A stretch of 64,000 nucleotides of DNA from the human T2T-CHM13v2.0 reference genome, Homo sapiens: assembly GCF_009914755.1 (NCBI RefSeq), contig NC_060930.1. One strand, written 5' to 3'. The translations under genes were made by a program, and so were the position numbers. Under the pieces are notes generated by a model. The model was given only the letters and a program-made list of their open reading frames with translations, was not told the origin of the DNA and did not search any database. Positions 1 through 16,254 of the stretch are shown one piece after another. Each line of letters begins with the position of its first letter. The stretch's first letter is position 1.

Positions 1-584
1 AAAATATTAGCTTGGATCTTTGAAATCAGAGTCAGGCTGAAAAAGTCCCAATCTTAGTTCAAAACCTGTCCTGCATGACTGAAGCCCTCCTAGGGCTGCA
101 CAAAGTATAATGGAATTATTATTATTATTATCATTAGATCCTAGTCTTACCATTCTCAGCACTTATCCCCATAGCAAAAGACCATTTTTTAATGTAATTT
201 ATTCTTTTGGAATAGGTTGAATGCATTCACATGGTTCCAAATTCAAATAAACAGCAAGAAGTCTCCCTCCCACCCTGTCTGCCACCCACTTGGTTTTCCT
301 TCTCTGGAGGCAACCTGGGTTAGTGGTCAGAAGATGCATTTAACTGTTTTCCAGCTGAGGCCTTGTGAGAACTCCTCGGACACCAATTTAAATCTTTATG
401 TCCAGAACTCCTTTCTCCAATCCAGGTAGAGCCACTCCCCTATCCTATCCCCACTCCCACCCTTCCCCCCTTCAGCCTCAATCCTAAGCAGGCTCTATTA
501 ACAATGATGAGCCACCATTTCCTCGAGCTACTAACAAATGCAAATGTTTAAATACTTTGTGGTTCTTTTTCCTCTTCTACATTA

Positions 585-780
585 ATTGCTAACATTTATC
601 GAGGGCTTTCCGTGTGCCACGCACTGTGCTAAATACTAGGCATGCATATTCTTATTTAATCTGCCCCAAATCTTCATCATTATCCTTATTTACAGATGCA
701 GACAGAAATGAAAGTTCAGAGAGATTATGTAATTTGCACCAATTTGCATCCAGGCCAACCTGAATCCAAACCCTATCTCT
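585..780 (-). mobile_element. MIR fragment
   Basis: taacatttatcgag...tgtgccacgcactgtgct...tttacagatg matches the reverse MIR core. Confidence 0.65.
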
Positions 781-797
781 TTTTACTTTTTCTTTCC

Positions 798-1121
798 TTT
801 TTTTTTTTTTTTTTAAACAGGGTCTCACTCTTGTCAGCCCAGATGGCATGCAGTGGCACAGTCTATGGAGGCAATCAGGTTTAGCTGTCAGCTCACTGTG
901 GCCTCAACCTCCCAGGCGCAAGTGATCCTCCCACCTCAGCATCCCCAGTAGCTGGGACTACAGGTGTACGCCACTACCCCCAGCTAATTTTTGTATTTTT
1001 TTGTAGAGATGAGGTTCCACCATTCTTGCCCAGACTGGTTTCGAACTCCTGGACTCAAGCGATTTGCCTGCCTCGGCCTCAAAAAGTGCTGGGATTACAT
1101 GCATGAGCCACCACACCCGGA
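798..1121 (-). mobile_element. AluJ with a ~24-bp foreign insert
   Basis: T-run followed by reverse dimeric Alu with J-type gatcctcccacctcagc. Confidence 0.9.
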
Positions 1122-1194
1122 CCCTCTCTCTTAAATAGTGGCCCTTTTGCCTCTCTGCAACACAGGAAAAATTCTGTTAGCCTGCATCAGAAGG

Positions 1195-1400
1195 AGTGGC
1201 ATGGAGGCTTTGGAGTTAAGAAGATTTAATTCAAATTATGTGTCCGGTGCCTGCCAGCAATGAGACCTTGGTAAGGTTTCTTAACCTCTCTGAGCTGGGA
1301 CCATACCTTCTGCGTTGGTTTAATATAAAGGTTAAATGCATGTAAATAAATGACTTCTAAAATAAATAACATTCTAAAATGTTAGTAACAACTAAATACA
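1195..1400 (+). mobile_element. MIR fragment
   Basis: ggctttggagttaag...gaccttggtaaggtttcttaacctctctgagc. Confidence 0.6.
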
Positions 1401-1447
1401 ATATTTAGATCTTGTGAGGATTTGATTTGAATAAATAAGATTTTTTT

Positions 1448-1800
1448 AAAAGACATTTTTGAGACAAAATGTAGACTATCTGATATTAAGAAATTAATCA
1501 CTTTTTCAGATATGATAATGGCATTGCAGTTTTTTTTAAGTTCTTATCTATTACAGATACATAATGAGGCATTTTGAGTGAAAATATATCTAGGATTTGC
1601 TTTCCAATACTCCATCCCCTCCCCATCAAAACACTAAATAAATGAAACAAGATTAGTGAAATACGGAAAATTGTTGAAGTTATTCATTATTCCATTTCCC
1701 ATATGGAACTTTCCATACTAGTTTCCCTACTGCTGTTGAATATTTGACATGTTTCAAATACATTTGAAATAAATTTATTGTCTGAGATGATCAGGTTGAA
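1448..1800 (+). mobile_element. old L1 3' end (L1MC-like)
   Basis: gatattaagaaattaat...tgataatggcattg...ggatttgctttccaatactcc resembles an L1MC 3'UTR. Confidence 0.55.
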
Positions 1801-1916
1801 AAATAATAAAATGAAATAAATTTAAAAGTAAAATAAACATAACCCTTTTAAGCATTAAAATTAAAAATTATGAGGCTTGTTGAATTATTACTGTTATAAA
1901 TAATTACATACATGTA

Positions 1917-2209
<293 letters not shown>

Positions 2210-4047
2210 TAAGTTAACAAAATACAATGCTAGTACATAATAGGCATCCAGAAATGGCATTTTTTGTCACCATGAGCCATTCAGGGTAGCATGTAAGTCA
2301 GACCTGAGCCCTGAAAAGAGCAAGGTAGACAGGTAATTGTTAAGGACGCATTTAATTCCACAGAAGACAGCATATATGAAGGTAAATGGCAGAAGGACTG
2401 GGTGACAGGAACAGGCAAATTAAAGTTAGGGGCTGGTTTTCCCTGAAAATGTGCATCACTGCAGAGACACCTCAAGAATTTATAGACTTGGAATCAGATG
2501 CACTGGGTGAAATTCTCAACTCTGCTCACGGTTCTGCCACCCAGTCCAGAACTGTGACTGACTTCCCTCGTTTTCAGTTTAGATGCTAGAACTCTCTGGC
2601 TCCTTCTGGTTGTCTAGACTGTCCACAATGCTGCTGGCTTTCCCAAGAGAAGGATCATTTCTGAGGCTACGCTGGTTATTTGCCTATCTCAGGAACAAAT
2701 CAGAGCTGAATGGAAATGTATCCAGTCCATAATCAAACGAAACGTTTTAGGCCCAGTGAGCATTTGTATATTGTTCTTGGAGTAATTTTTCCATGCTCTG
2801 GATTTAAGCAGCTGGAATGATTTTTACATATGACCCCGTTTTGAAATGAAAGTTTGTCCTCTTTAAGAGAAAGTGTGCATTTTGGGGAAAAGATAAGACA
2901 ATATATTTGGTAACTCTTCAAATAAGTGAACCCTTCTATAAAATACTTCCCTTTATATTAAAGGTGGAGCTTTGGGAGAGCTTCTTAAAAACTGGACAAA
3001 CTGCAGGCATGGAAAAATAGACAAGAGCATGGAGGGGGAAATACCACCTCAGTTGCCTTTCTACCCACTGCTGCAGAATGAAGTCTCAGAGAGGCAACAG
3101 GACCAAATGAAGGGGATAGCACAAATCAAGTGTGTGCTTTAGGGATGAGTGATGGATATAATTCATGCAGTTGTTGAAGCAGTCCCAGTGATCCAGAGGC
3201 AGGCGAGTCGTTCACTTTCAGTGGCAAGTGAAAGCAATGAAACAATAGGGTTGTAGGGTGTTTCTCAAACCCTTGTTTCTTTGCCATCCTTGAATCTGCA
3301 ACAACCAAAGCAATGAAAACAAAAACAGAAAATTGAGGCACAGGAGGGTTTATGGAACTCCCATTTGAAACCAACAAGGCAGCATAATTTATTGTAGTAA
3401 CTTCAACCCTCAATTCTGTTAAGGATGGTATTGAGAGAGCTGGCCTTACTCAAGACCAGAGGCCTAACTGATATTTGTTTAGTAATACTAAGAGATTGCT
3501 ATCTAGGGTAAGTTTCTAGCCAGAGAGAAAAATAGGTTCCAGGATATGAGAAGGTTCTCAGCTTAAGCCATATATTTTTTAATTAGCCTATTTAGTAGAT
3601 TCTGTATCCAATACAAAAAACTAGAAGTGATCAACTGGTTTGGGTAACTCCTAAAACTTCCTGCACCTGCCCAGGAGGCGTGCTTGGGAGTCACACATTT
3701 CAGCTGTGGCAATAGTAGGTGGCATGCAAGGGCTATGGTGGCCCACAATAGTTCCCAGCTTCAAGTTAGTCCCAAATGAGTGGCTTTGTTAGCTGTGAGG
3801 GTGAGGAAAAGAGAGAATTAGTTAATTTCCTATTGCAGATGCAAATCTACTAAAGTTTTAAATTGCACAGTGAGTATAGATTACAGCTAGTTTTCCAGAT
3901 TCCCTAATGGAGCCACAATTCTTTTTAAGTGGGAGAGAGAACACATGAGACCTTGTATCAGAAAGAATTCTGGCAGGAAACAGGTGGTATTCTCAATAGA
4001 TAACTGCAGATCATTTAAGGTAAGTAGTATTTACAATACAGTGCAGG

Positions 4048-4342
4048 CAGGACCGAGCTCCATGGGTGTGCAACCTGTGCAACTAGACCTCAAAATTAGA
4101 GGGGCCACACACTAGTTTAATGCTTTGCAATCCCCATCTTTAAATTCTTTGGAATTTTTAAAATGTATATAGAAATGGAAGAGTCTAGTTATGTTGCCCT
4201 GGCTCATCTTGAGCTGCTGGCCTCAAGCAGTCCTCCTGCCTCGGCCTCCTGAAGTGCTGGGATTACAAGCATGAACCACTCCGGCCGACCTTTGTAATTT
4301 TTGAACAAAGGACCCTGCATTGCACCGGCCCCACAAATTACG
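4048..4342 (+). mobile_element. MER91A-like hAT MITE, interrupted by an Alu monomer
   Basis: catgggtgtgcaacctgtgca...gtttaatgct...taatttttgaacaaaggaccctgcatt...ggccccacaaattacgt. Confidence 0.7.
4155..4290 (-). mobile_element. FLAM / Alu left monomer
   Basis: reverse Alu monomer ending gctgggattacaagcatgaaccac. Confidence 0.75.
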
Positions 4343-5489
4343 TGTGTGCAGGATTAAGGGAAACCAGCAAGGGGTGGTATAGCACCAAAGGACCAAAACC
4401 AATATGGAGCCTTTACCATTCCTAGTTCAGAAACAGCAAGAAAAAAAATATCTGCAATGGAGTGAAAGTGATTGCTGAAGTTGTGGCCACAGGTGTAGCT
4501 GTAAGAGAGGCCCACCTAAAAGGAGCTGTGGCCTTCAGTAGAAGAACACAACCACAGCCAATTCATAGCCTGCAGAGAGGGAGGTGGATAAATACGTATC
4601 CCAAATTATTTCTCTTCCTACCCTCTGATCTGTTTGTGCCTCCCACGGCTGAACCTGACAGGAAGCCAGAGGGTATGGGAGCCCACTGATGCAATCGATG
4701 GAGGTCAGCCTTCCAGGGCCTAGGGTACAGTAGAGAAAGGTAGCAAGTAGGTCTATAAAGAGCAATCAGAGAAGATCCAGCCCAGAACTTGTACCTAAAA
4801 ATTTCAGGATCATGGTTAAGAGTAAATAAAATACAAATAAACAAATTTCAGTAAAGAACTTTACATTGTAATGATTTTTAAAGGACAGTCATTCGGCATG
4901 TATCATGCACGGGATTTTATACATTTTTAAAGGAAAAACGAGATTAAGAATTTCAAGAAAAGAGGCTTGGGTGTTTGAAAGGGTCATCACTAATGAAAAG
5001 AAAAGGCTGGGATTTCAAAATTTTTTAAACATTCCAGGCCCCGAAGCCACATTTTGCAAACAGCCCATTCCCCTTGATCCTCACTTCCCTCACCCTGAGG
5101 CCACCATCACAATACAAAATGCTTTCACAGGCACAGCATCCCAAGATTTGCAAGGGCCACTTGGGCAATAGCAGCTGAATAGAATATATTCCAACAAAGA
5201 GGATTTTGGTTCAATTATATATTTATTGATACCTTTTACATAGGAGGAGCATTGAAAAGGTGGTGTAATGGGAATACATTATGCTAACTTGTAACCATTC
5301 TGACTACTGAATTCCTCAGCACATTATTAGACTATCCAGTTCACTTTCAAAAAAACAGCGTGGCTCTGATTCATTTGGATTCCACTCATAGTTCCTAGCT
5401 CAGAAATGGGCAGAGCTAGATTCACTCTTTATGATTTCCCTGAAAAATAAAGATTTTTCTACAAACATAAACAAGATTCCAGAGACACA

Positions 5490-5728
5490 ACCTTCTTTTT
5501 CAAATTGAGGTAAAATATACAGAACACAAACTTAGCCATTTTAAAGTGTATGATTAAGTGGCATTTTGTACATTCACAATCTTGTGTAGCCATCACCTCT
5601 ATCTAGTTCCAAAATATTTGTATCATCCTGAAGGGAAACTTTACACATAAAGCAGTTAATCCTCATTTCTTCTCCTCAGCCCCTGGAAACCACTAATCTG
5701 CCTCTGTCTCTGGATTTACCTATTCAGG
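5490..5728 (-). mobile_element. L1MB-like 3' end
   Basis: ttgaggtaaaatatac...ccattttaaagtgta...ccactaatctg. Confidence 0.75.
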
Positions 5729-5738
5729 ATAGATAGAT

Positions 5739-5780
<42 letters not shown>

Positions 5781-5781
5781 T
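5727..5781. repeat. (GATA)n microsatellite
   Basis: about 13 GATA units read directly. Confidence 0.97.
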
Positions 5782-5789
5782 AGTAGTAG

Positions 5790-6053
<264 letters not shown>

Positions 6054-6298
6054 TAAACTGAAGTGAATAAAATACCTAGCTTATAAGTTTCCCATAATAT
6101 TAAACAGAGTAAAATTTAAAATCTCAATTACTTGTATACCCCGTGTACACTGACATAAATTATCTATAAAGTACTATTTTTTATAAAGGCACTGGAAACA
6201 AAGTCATTGGTCATTGGTTTTCTATCATGATGTTTAATATCACGATGTTTAATATCACGATGTAAAATCCTTGCTTTAAGGATTGTAAGAATTAAACT

Positions 6299-6595
<297 letters not shown>

Positions 6596-6598
6596 CTA

Positions 6599-6839
6599 GG
6601 CCCGGCGCAGCGGATCACTTGAGGTCAGGAGTTCAAGACCAGCCTGGCCAACATGGTGAAACCCCGTCTCTACTAAAAAAATACAAAAATTACTTGGGCA
6701 TGGTGGTGGGCGGCTGTAATCCCAGCTACCTGGAGGTTGAGGCAGGAGAATCTCTTGAACCCAGGAGGCGGAGGTTTTGCAGTGAGCCGAGATTGTGCCA
6801 CTGCACTCCAGACTGGGCGACAGAGTGAGAGTCTGCCTC

Positions 6840-6868
<29 letters not shown>
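6599..6868 (+). mobile_element. AluS with a 5' internal deletion
   Basis: ggcccggcgcag joined directly to cggatcacttgagg; long A tail. Confidence 0.9.
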
Positions 6869-6870
<2 letters not shown>

Positions 6871-6978
6871 AGGAAAGACAGAGAGAGAGAGAGAAAGCGA
6901 GAAAGAATGAAAGAAAGGGAGAAAGAAAGAGAGAGAGGAGAGAAAGAGAAAAGAAAAGAAAGAAAAAAGAAAAGAAAA
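6869..6978. repeat. GA-rich low-complexity tail extension
   Basis: gaaag/gaga/aaaag run. Confidence 0.9.
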
Positions 6979-7036
6979 GTATTAAACTAACAAGATGTTT
7001 TCCTGATTTTTAATTTGGTTGTTTTCCTGCTATTGA

Positions 7037-7514
<478 letters not shown>

Positions 7515-7679
7515 AGGTTGTACTTTTGATGTTAGGTCTAAGAACACTCCCTAATCCCAAATCATGTACATTTCTACTGTTTTCTTCTAAAAGTTGTATA
7601 GTTTTACATTTTATTTTTACATCTATGATGCATTTTTGAGTTAATTTTTATATAAGGTGTGAGATTGAGATGAAACTTT

Positions 7680-8024
<345 letters not shown>

Positions 8025-9153
8025 TGTTTTTATTTTTTTTGTGGAATATTTTTGTATACAGATGTCAGTTGTTCCAACACCACATGTTAAAAAGATTATC
8101 ACTTTTCCATTTAATTGCGTTTGTACCTTTTTCAGCAATCCACATTTGTGACTTTATTTCTGGACATTTTATCCTTATTAATTGGCCTGTGCATCTATCC
8201 TCTGCCAATAGCACACTATCCAGATTACTGTTACTTTACAGCAAGTCTTAAAATCGGGTAGACCTGTTCTTCCTGCTTTATTCTTCTTTTTAAAAATGGT
8301 TTTGGCTCTTCTGATCCCTTTGCCTTTCCAAATAAATTTTAGAATCAGCTTGTGTATACTTACAAAAGTCCTATTGGAATTTTTATTGGAATTGCATTAC
8401 ATCTATAGATTAATGTGAGAAGAATTTGACATTTTAACTAAATTAAATCTTCCAACCCACATTATGTCTCTCCATTTATTATGTCTTCTTTGGTTTCTTT
8501 CATCAGTGTTCATACTTGTCAGCATATAGATATCCTGCACAAGTTTTGGTATATTTATACCTAAGTATTTCTCATTTTAAAATTTTAATTAGTATTTTTT
8601 AAAATATTGGTTTCCAAATTTTAAAATAAAATATATAGAAGCATGATACATTTTTTTGAGTTGACTTTATACACTGGGACTATAATAAATTCATTAATTA
8701 GGGTAGGAGTTTCTTTGGATATTCCTTGGGATTTTCTACATAGAAAATCATCACTTGCAAATAGGAACAGTATTTTTCTTTCTAATCTGTATGCCTTTTA
8801 CTTTTTTTCTCTGCCTTACTGTACTGGCTAGGACTTCCAGTACCATATTGAATAGGAGAGATGAAAGTGGACATCCCTGCCTTGCTTTCTATCCTAGGGG
8901 AAAGTATTCAGTCTTTTACCATTAAGTATGATGTTCACTTTGGTATTTTGTAAATTATCAAATAAAGGAAATTCTCTTTTATTTCTAGATTGCCGAGGGT
9001 TTTTACCATTAAGGAATGCTGGGCTTTTTGAAATGCTTTCTTTTTGCTTTGTTTGATATGCTGTTGTCATTTTTACTCTCTGGTTTTTTAATTTGGTGGA
9101 TTATAATAATTGATTTTTGAACATGGAACCAGCCTTGCATTCCTAGGATCTAG

Positions 9154-9475
<322 letters not shown>

Positions 9476-9839
9476 AAATGTTATTCTTTTTACATATTGC
9501 TGGATTCAATTTCCTAATTTTTCATGAAAATTTTTGTGTACTGTTCATGAAGGATATTGGTCTATAGTTTTCCTGTATTGTCTTTGTCCAGCCTCATAAT
9601 ATGAACTGGGAAGTGTTCCTTTCTCTCCTATTTTCTGAAAAAGATTGTGTAGAATTGGTGCTATTTGTTCATTAAAAGTTTAATAGAAATTCACCTATCT
9701 GAGCTTGGAGATCTTTTTATTTTATTGATATTCTCTATTGTTTTTCTGTAATCAATGTTATTGAGTTCTCCTCTTTATTATTTCCTTCCTTCTGCTTGCA
9801 TTGGATTTTATTTTGCTCTTCTTTTTGTTAGTTTTTTAA

Positions 9840-11449
<1,610 letters not shown>

Positions 11450-11483
11450 GCATTTTAATGGCATAAACTTTCCTTTAAATACT

Positions 11484-13094
11484 TGTCTTAGTCTGTTCCT
11501 GCTGCTATAACAAAATACCTTGAGGAACAAGGTAGCTAGCTTGAGCCACAGCTGGAGTGACTAAAGAACAATGCATTGGAACGCTTGGAGCAGAAATGTA
11601 AAGTGGCCCTGGGCAGCAAGCCTAAGCTCCTGAGGGTGCCTTGATCCCCTCCTTTGAAGCCATTCTGCTCTCCAGATCCTGGCACTCTGGGCCTGTGATG
11701 GCAGTGGCAGCCCTGACAGACTCCAAAATGCCTTCAGAGTCCTTCTTCCATTATTGTTTTGTTTGTTTGTTTGTTTGTTTGTTTGTTTGTTTTTGAGACA
11801 GGGTCTTGCTCTGTCACCCAGGCTGGAGCGCAGTGGCAGAATCATGACTCACGGTAGACTCAACCTCCTGAGCTCAAGTGATCCTCCCACCTCAGCCTCC
11901 TGAGTAGCTGGAACTACAGATGCATGCCACCACCACACATGGCTAATTTTTGTGTTTATTGTAGAGACAAGGTCTCACCATGTTGTCCAGGTTGGTCTTG
12001 AACTCCTGAGCTCAAGCTGTCTGCCTGCCTCGCCCTCCCAAAGTGCTGGGATGATAGGCATGAGCCATCATATCTGTCCCATTCTTCCATTATCTTGAGA
12101 ATAGCATCTGGCTCCCTTTTAACCATACTAATCCCCTTATCAAAGGTCACTTGGCCACACTCTTGGTGTTCTCTCTGGAGCATGCTTTCTTATTCTTCAG
12201 ATGACCAGGCTGAGAATTTTCCAACTCTTTAAGTTCTGCTTATCTTTTCTTTATAAATTTTATCTTTAATTTGTTCCTCTCTTCTCACATTTTGCTATAA
12301 GCAGTCAAAAGAAGCCATGCCACCCCTTCAACACTTTGCTTAGGGATTTCTTCTGCCAAATATCCTAGATCATCACTTATAAGTTCTGTCTTCCACAAAG
12401 CACTAGGACATGGACACAATTCAGCTAAGTTCTTTGCCATTTTGTATCAAGGATGGCCTTTCCTCCAGTTCGCAATAACTTATTTCTCTCTGAGACCTCA
12501 GTGGAACTGCCATTTGCCATTTACCAATATTCTGTTTACAACCACTTAGATAATCTCTAAGATTTAGCTTCTCCCTACAGTTCTCTTCTATACCCTCACC
12601 AGAATTGCCCTTAATGCTCCATTCATGGCAATCCAGGCTTTTCCTAGCATGAACCTCCAAACTCTTCCAGCCTCTACCCATTACCCAGTTCTAAAGCCGC
12701 TTCACTTCCATATTTTCAGGTACTTGTTATAGTAACACCCCACTCTCTGTACCAATTCCTTAGTCCATGCCTGCTGCTATAACAAAATACCTTAGACTAG
12801 ATAATATATAAATAATAGATATGTATTATCACAGTTCTAGAGGCTGGGAAGTCCAAGATCAGGGCACCAGCAGCTTTGGTGTTTGGTAAGGGTTTGCTCT
12901 CTGCTCCCAAGATGGCACCTTCTTGCAGTGTCCTCATGGAGGAAAGCAAAAAAGGCTAAAAGGAGATGAACTCACTTCTTCAATCCCTTTTATAAGGGCA
13001 CTAGTCCCATCCTCTTAGCTTAATCACCTCCCAAAGGCCCCACGTCTCCATACCATCACCTTGGGGTTTAAGCTCCAACATCCAAACCAAAACA
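11484..13094 (-). mobile_element. MaLR (MST/MLT1A-type) provirus remnant: LTR stub, internal region and LTR
   Basis: cttagtc..cctgctgctataacaaaatacctt occurs at 11487 and again at 12759; full LTR about 12757-13094; the host L1 resumes afterwards. Confidence 0.8.
11755..12080 (-). mobile_element. AluJ with (TTTG)n tail
   Basis: TSD ttcttccattat. Confidence 0.92.
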
Positions 13095-14203
13095 GCACTG
13101 CTTTAACCTCATCCCACAAATTTCTATATGAGTGTTGCTCAAACATATTTTCTAATATCCCTTGGGACTTTTTCTTTGACCCATAGGTTACTGAGATATG
13201 TGTTGTTTAATTTCCAAGGGTGTGGTGATCTATCAGTTATCTTTCTGTTATTGATTTCTACTTCAACTCCATTATGACTGGAGAACATACTTTATATAAT
13301 TTCAATTCTTTTAAATTTTGTTCTATGGCCCAGGATATAGTCTGTCTTGGTGAAGTTTCTATGTGTATTCAAAATACACATAGGAGTGTATTTTGGAGTG
13401 TATTTTGTGGAGTATTTTACAAATGTACATTAGATTCAGCTGTTTGGTGGTGGTGTTCATCTTTTCTATATTCTTGCTGATTTTCTGTCTAGTTTCATTT
13501 ACTAATGAGAGAAGAGTATTGAAATCTCCAACTATAATCATGGATTTGCCTATCAGTTTTTGCTTCATGTATCTTAAAGCTCAGTGGTTTAGTGCATATA
13601 CATTTAGGATTATTAGGTCTTCTTGAGAAATTGACTTATTTTCTATTATGTAATGTCTCTTTTTATTCCTGTTCATTTTTCTTGCTTTAAAGGTTACTTT
13701 TCTTAATGTTAACAGAGCCATTCCAACTTTTGTTGGCATTGTATATCTTTTTACATTCTTTTACTTCTAAGTTACATATGATATTATATTTAAAACTGGT
13801 TTCTTGTACACAGCATATCTTTGGGTCTTTATTTTAAAAATTTTTTGGACAATCCCTGTTTTTTAATTGGTTTGTTTAAACCATTGGCATTTAATGTAAT
13901 TTTTGGCATATTTGAACTTGTATTTACCATTTTTACTATTTGTTTCCTGGTATTTGTTTCTCTATTTCCCCTTTCCTAATTTCTCTTGGATTATTTGAAT
14001 ATCTTCTGTTAGACATTTAGGTGTGGTCCCATGAATCCCTTAGGCTCTTTTCATTAAAACAATTTTTTTCTCCCATTGAGTAATTTCTATTGACCCTTCT
14101 TCAAGGTCATGAACTCTTTCTTCAGTCATCTCTGAACTCTTTCCTACTGAACTCTTCCACTGCATTTTAATTTTCGTTATTATATTTTTCATTTAGAAAA
14201 TTA

Positions 14204-14507
<304 letters not shown>

Positions 14508-14784
14508 TTATTTATATCTTCTTTATATCTTCTATTTCTTTGATGAGATTTTCTATCTTTCCATTTGTTTCAAGAGTGTTCATTTGTACTTCTTTGAGTG
14601 TGGTTATAATAGCTGTTTAAAAGTCTGTCTCAAAATTACAACATTTGTATTTTTTCAGGTTGATGTCTGTTGATTCCTTTTTACTTGTTAGTTGAGATTT
14701 TCCTTTGAATGCTAAGTAATTTGGGGTTGTATTCTGGACATTTTTAGGGTAAAAATTAGGAGGCCTCAAAAATTAGGATTTATT

Positions 14785-15231
14785 CTCAGTCAATATTTTA
14801 ATTCTGGACACATATTGGAATCAGCTAGCAACCCCACATCAGCTTGCTTCCAACAGTCATCCTGTTCATGGAAAGCCTTCTAATTTAGTTTATTTGGGAT
14901 AATTTTGCTTATTTTGCCTTACTATTATGGAATATATTGGTGTTGCACTCTTTGTGTAGGAATGCAGGGTAAGCTTACTGAATATATTCTTAAATTGAAC
15001 ACTTATTAATCTTCTAGATATCACCTTTTGTCAGAACTCAAGAGTTATGAAGGGCCCTTGCCATATCGATGCTTTCTGACTGAGCTTCTCTCTACTGAAT
15101 ACAAGAGACCCTAATAGTTAGGCAGGAATATAATTGCCCCTAATTCAGCCTGAAGAAGTTACAGAAGATGGAACTTTGTCCTTCTACAACCCTTAGGATT
15201 AAGGGTTCCCTTGTAAAAGGGAGGGGGGAAT
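14785..15231 (+). mobile_element. MER41 internal region 3' end with polypurine tract
   Basis: ends in aaaagggaggggggaa (15215-15230) immediately before the LTR TG. Confidence 0.8.
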
Positions 15232-15779
15232 TGTCAGAAGCGTTTAAACCAGAGCGATTCCATCTTGTATAGAGGCTGGGTAAAACAGGGCTGAGACCTA
15301 CTGGGCTGCATTCCCAGGAGGTTAGGCATTCTAAGTCACAGGATGAGATAGGAGGTAGGCACAAGATACAGGTAATAAAGACGTTGCTGATAAAACAGTT
15401 TGCAGTAAAGAAGCCAGCCCAAACTCACCAAAACCAAGATGGCAATGAAAGTGACCTCTGGTCATCCTCAGTGTTCATTGTACACTAACTATAATGCATT
15501 AGCATGCTAAGAGACACTCCTACCAGCGCCATGAGAGTTTACAAATGCCATGGCAACATCAGGAACTTACTCTGTATGCTCTAAAAAAGGGAGGAAACTT
15601 CAGTTCTGGGAAGTGCCCACCCGTTTCCTGGAAAACTCATGAATAATTCACCCCTTGTTTAGCATATAATCAAGAAATTACTGTGAATATCCTCAGTCTA
15701 GCAGCCCACGTTGTGCTTATCCTATGGAGTAACCATTCTTTATTCCTTTACTTTCTTAATAAACTTGTCTTCACTTAAA
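15232..15779 (+). mobile_element. MER41B LTR (U3-R only, no U5)
   Basis: tgtcagaagcgtttaaaccagagc start; B-type tandem GAS block; stops shortly after AATAAA (15758-15763) in an A-run. Confidence 0.9.
15604..15633. promoter_or_regulatory. tandem GAS (STAT) motifs in MER41B
   Basis: TTCTGGGAA 15604-15612 and TTCCTGGAA 15625-15633 both fit TTCnnnGAA. Confidence 0.65.
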
Positions 15780-16254
15780 AAAAATTAGAATTTATTAGCA
15801 GGTTTTTCAGGTTTAATATTACAGACCAGTGGAAGAAGAAAGAAAGTTGTCGATAATTGGATATACTTTTTGAAAAAGTATGCACTATGTATGCCTACTT
15901 TTGAAAGTGCGTGCACTGCATATGTAAGTAAAAGTTGATGTTGAATTCTATTGCTTTTTAGCAAGTAAAAGAGTATTATTATTTTCTTTTTCTAAGCAAT
16001 ACTATAATATAGTGGTATGCAAGTTAGAGCCATATTACTTATCCAGTTACTAAAACATTTTTTGATAGCTGTGGCCGTAGCCCCTTGGTTCTGTCTCCAC
16101 TAGGCCCCCACTATCTCAGCTTTTTCTTTGGAGAATCCCAAACTTTCCTTAATCCAGGAACTAAAGAGTTAACGCCTGGCTGGGCAGGGAGCTTCCTGGA
16201 CCCTGCAACAGTACCGTGGTTGAAGACTATTTGGATCGGTCAAGGCCAGTGTCT

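Larger units (their letters stand above)
3954..4785 (-). mobile_element. ERVL-type LTR (LTR33/LTR41-like), interrupted by MER91A
   Basis: tgtatcag...ggcaggaaacag at the left; ggaagccagagggtatgggagcccactgatgca...gatccagc at the right. Confidence 0.55.

Noticed and set aside
15863-15881. Hairpin atacttttt-g-aaaaagtat
   Set aside because: A 9-bp AT-rich inverted repeat is expected by chance in 64 kb.
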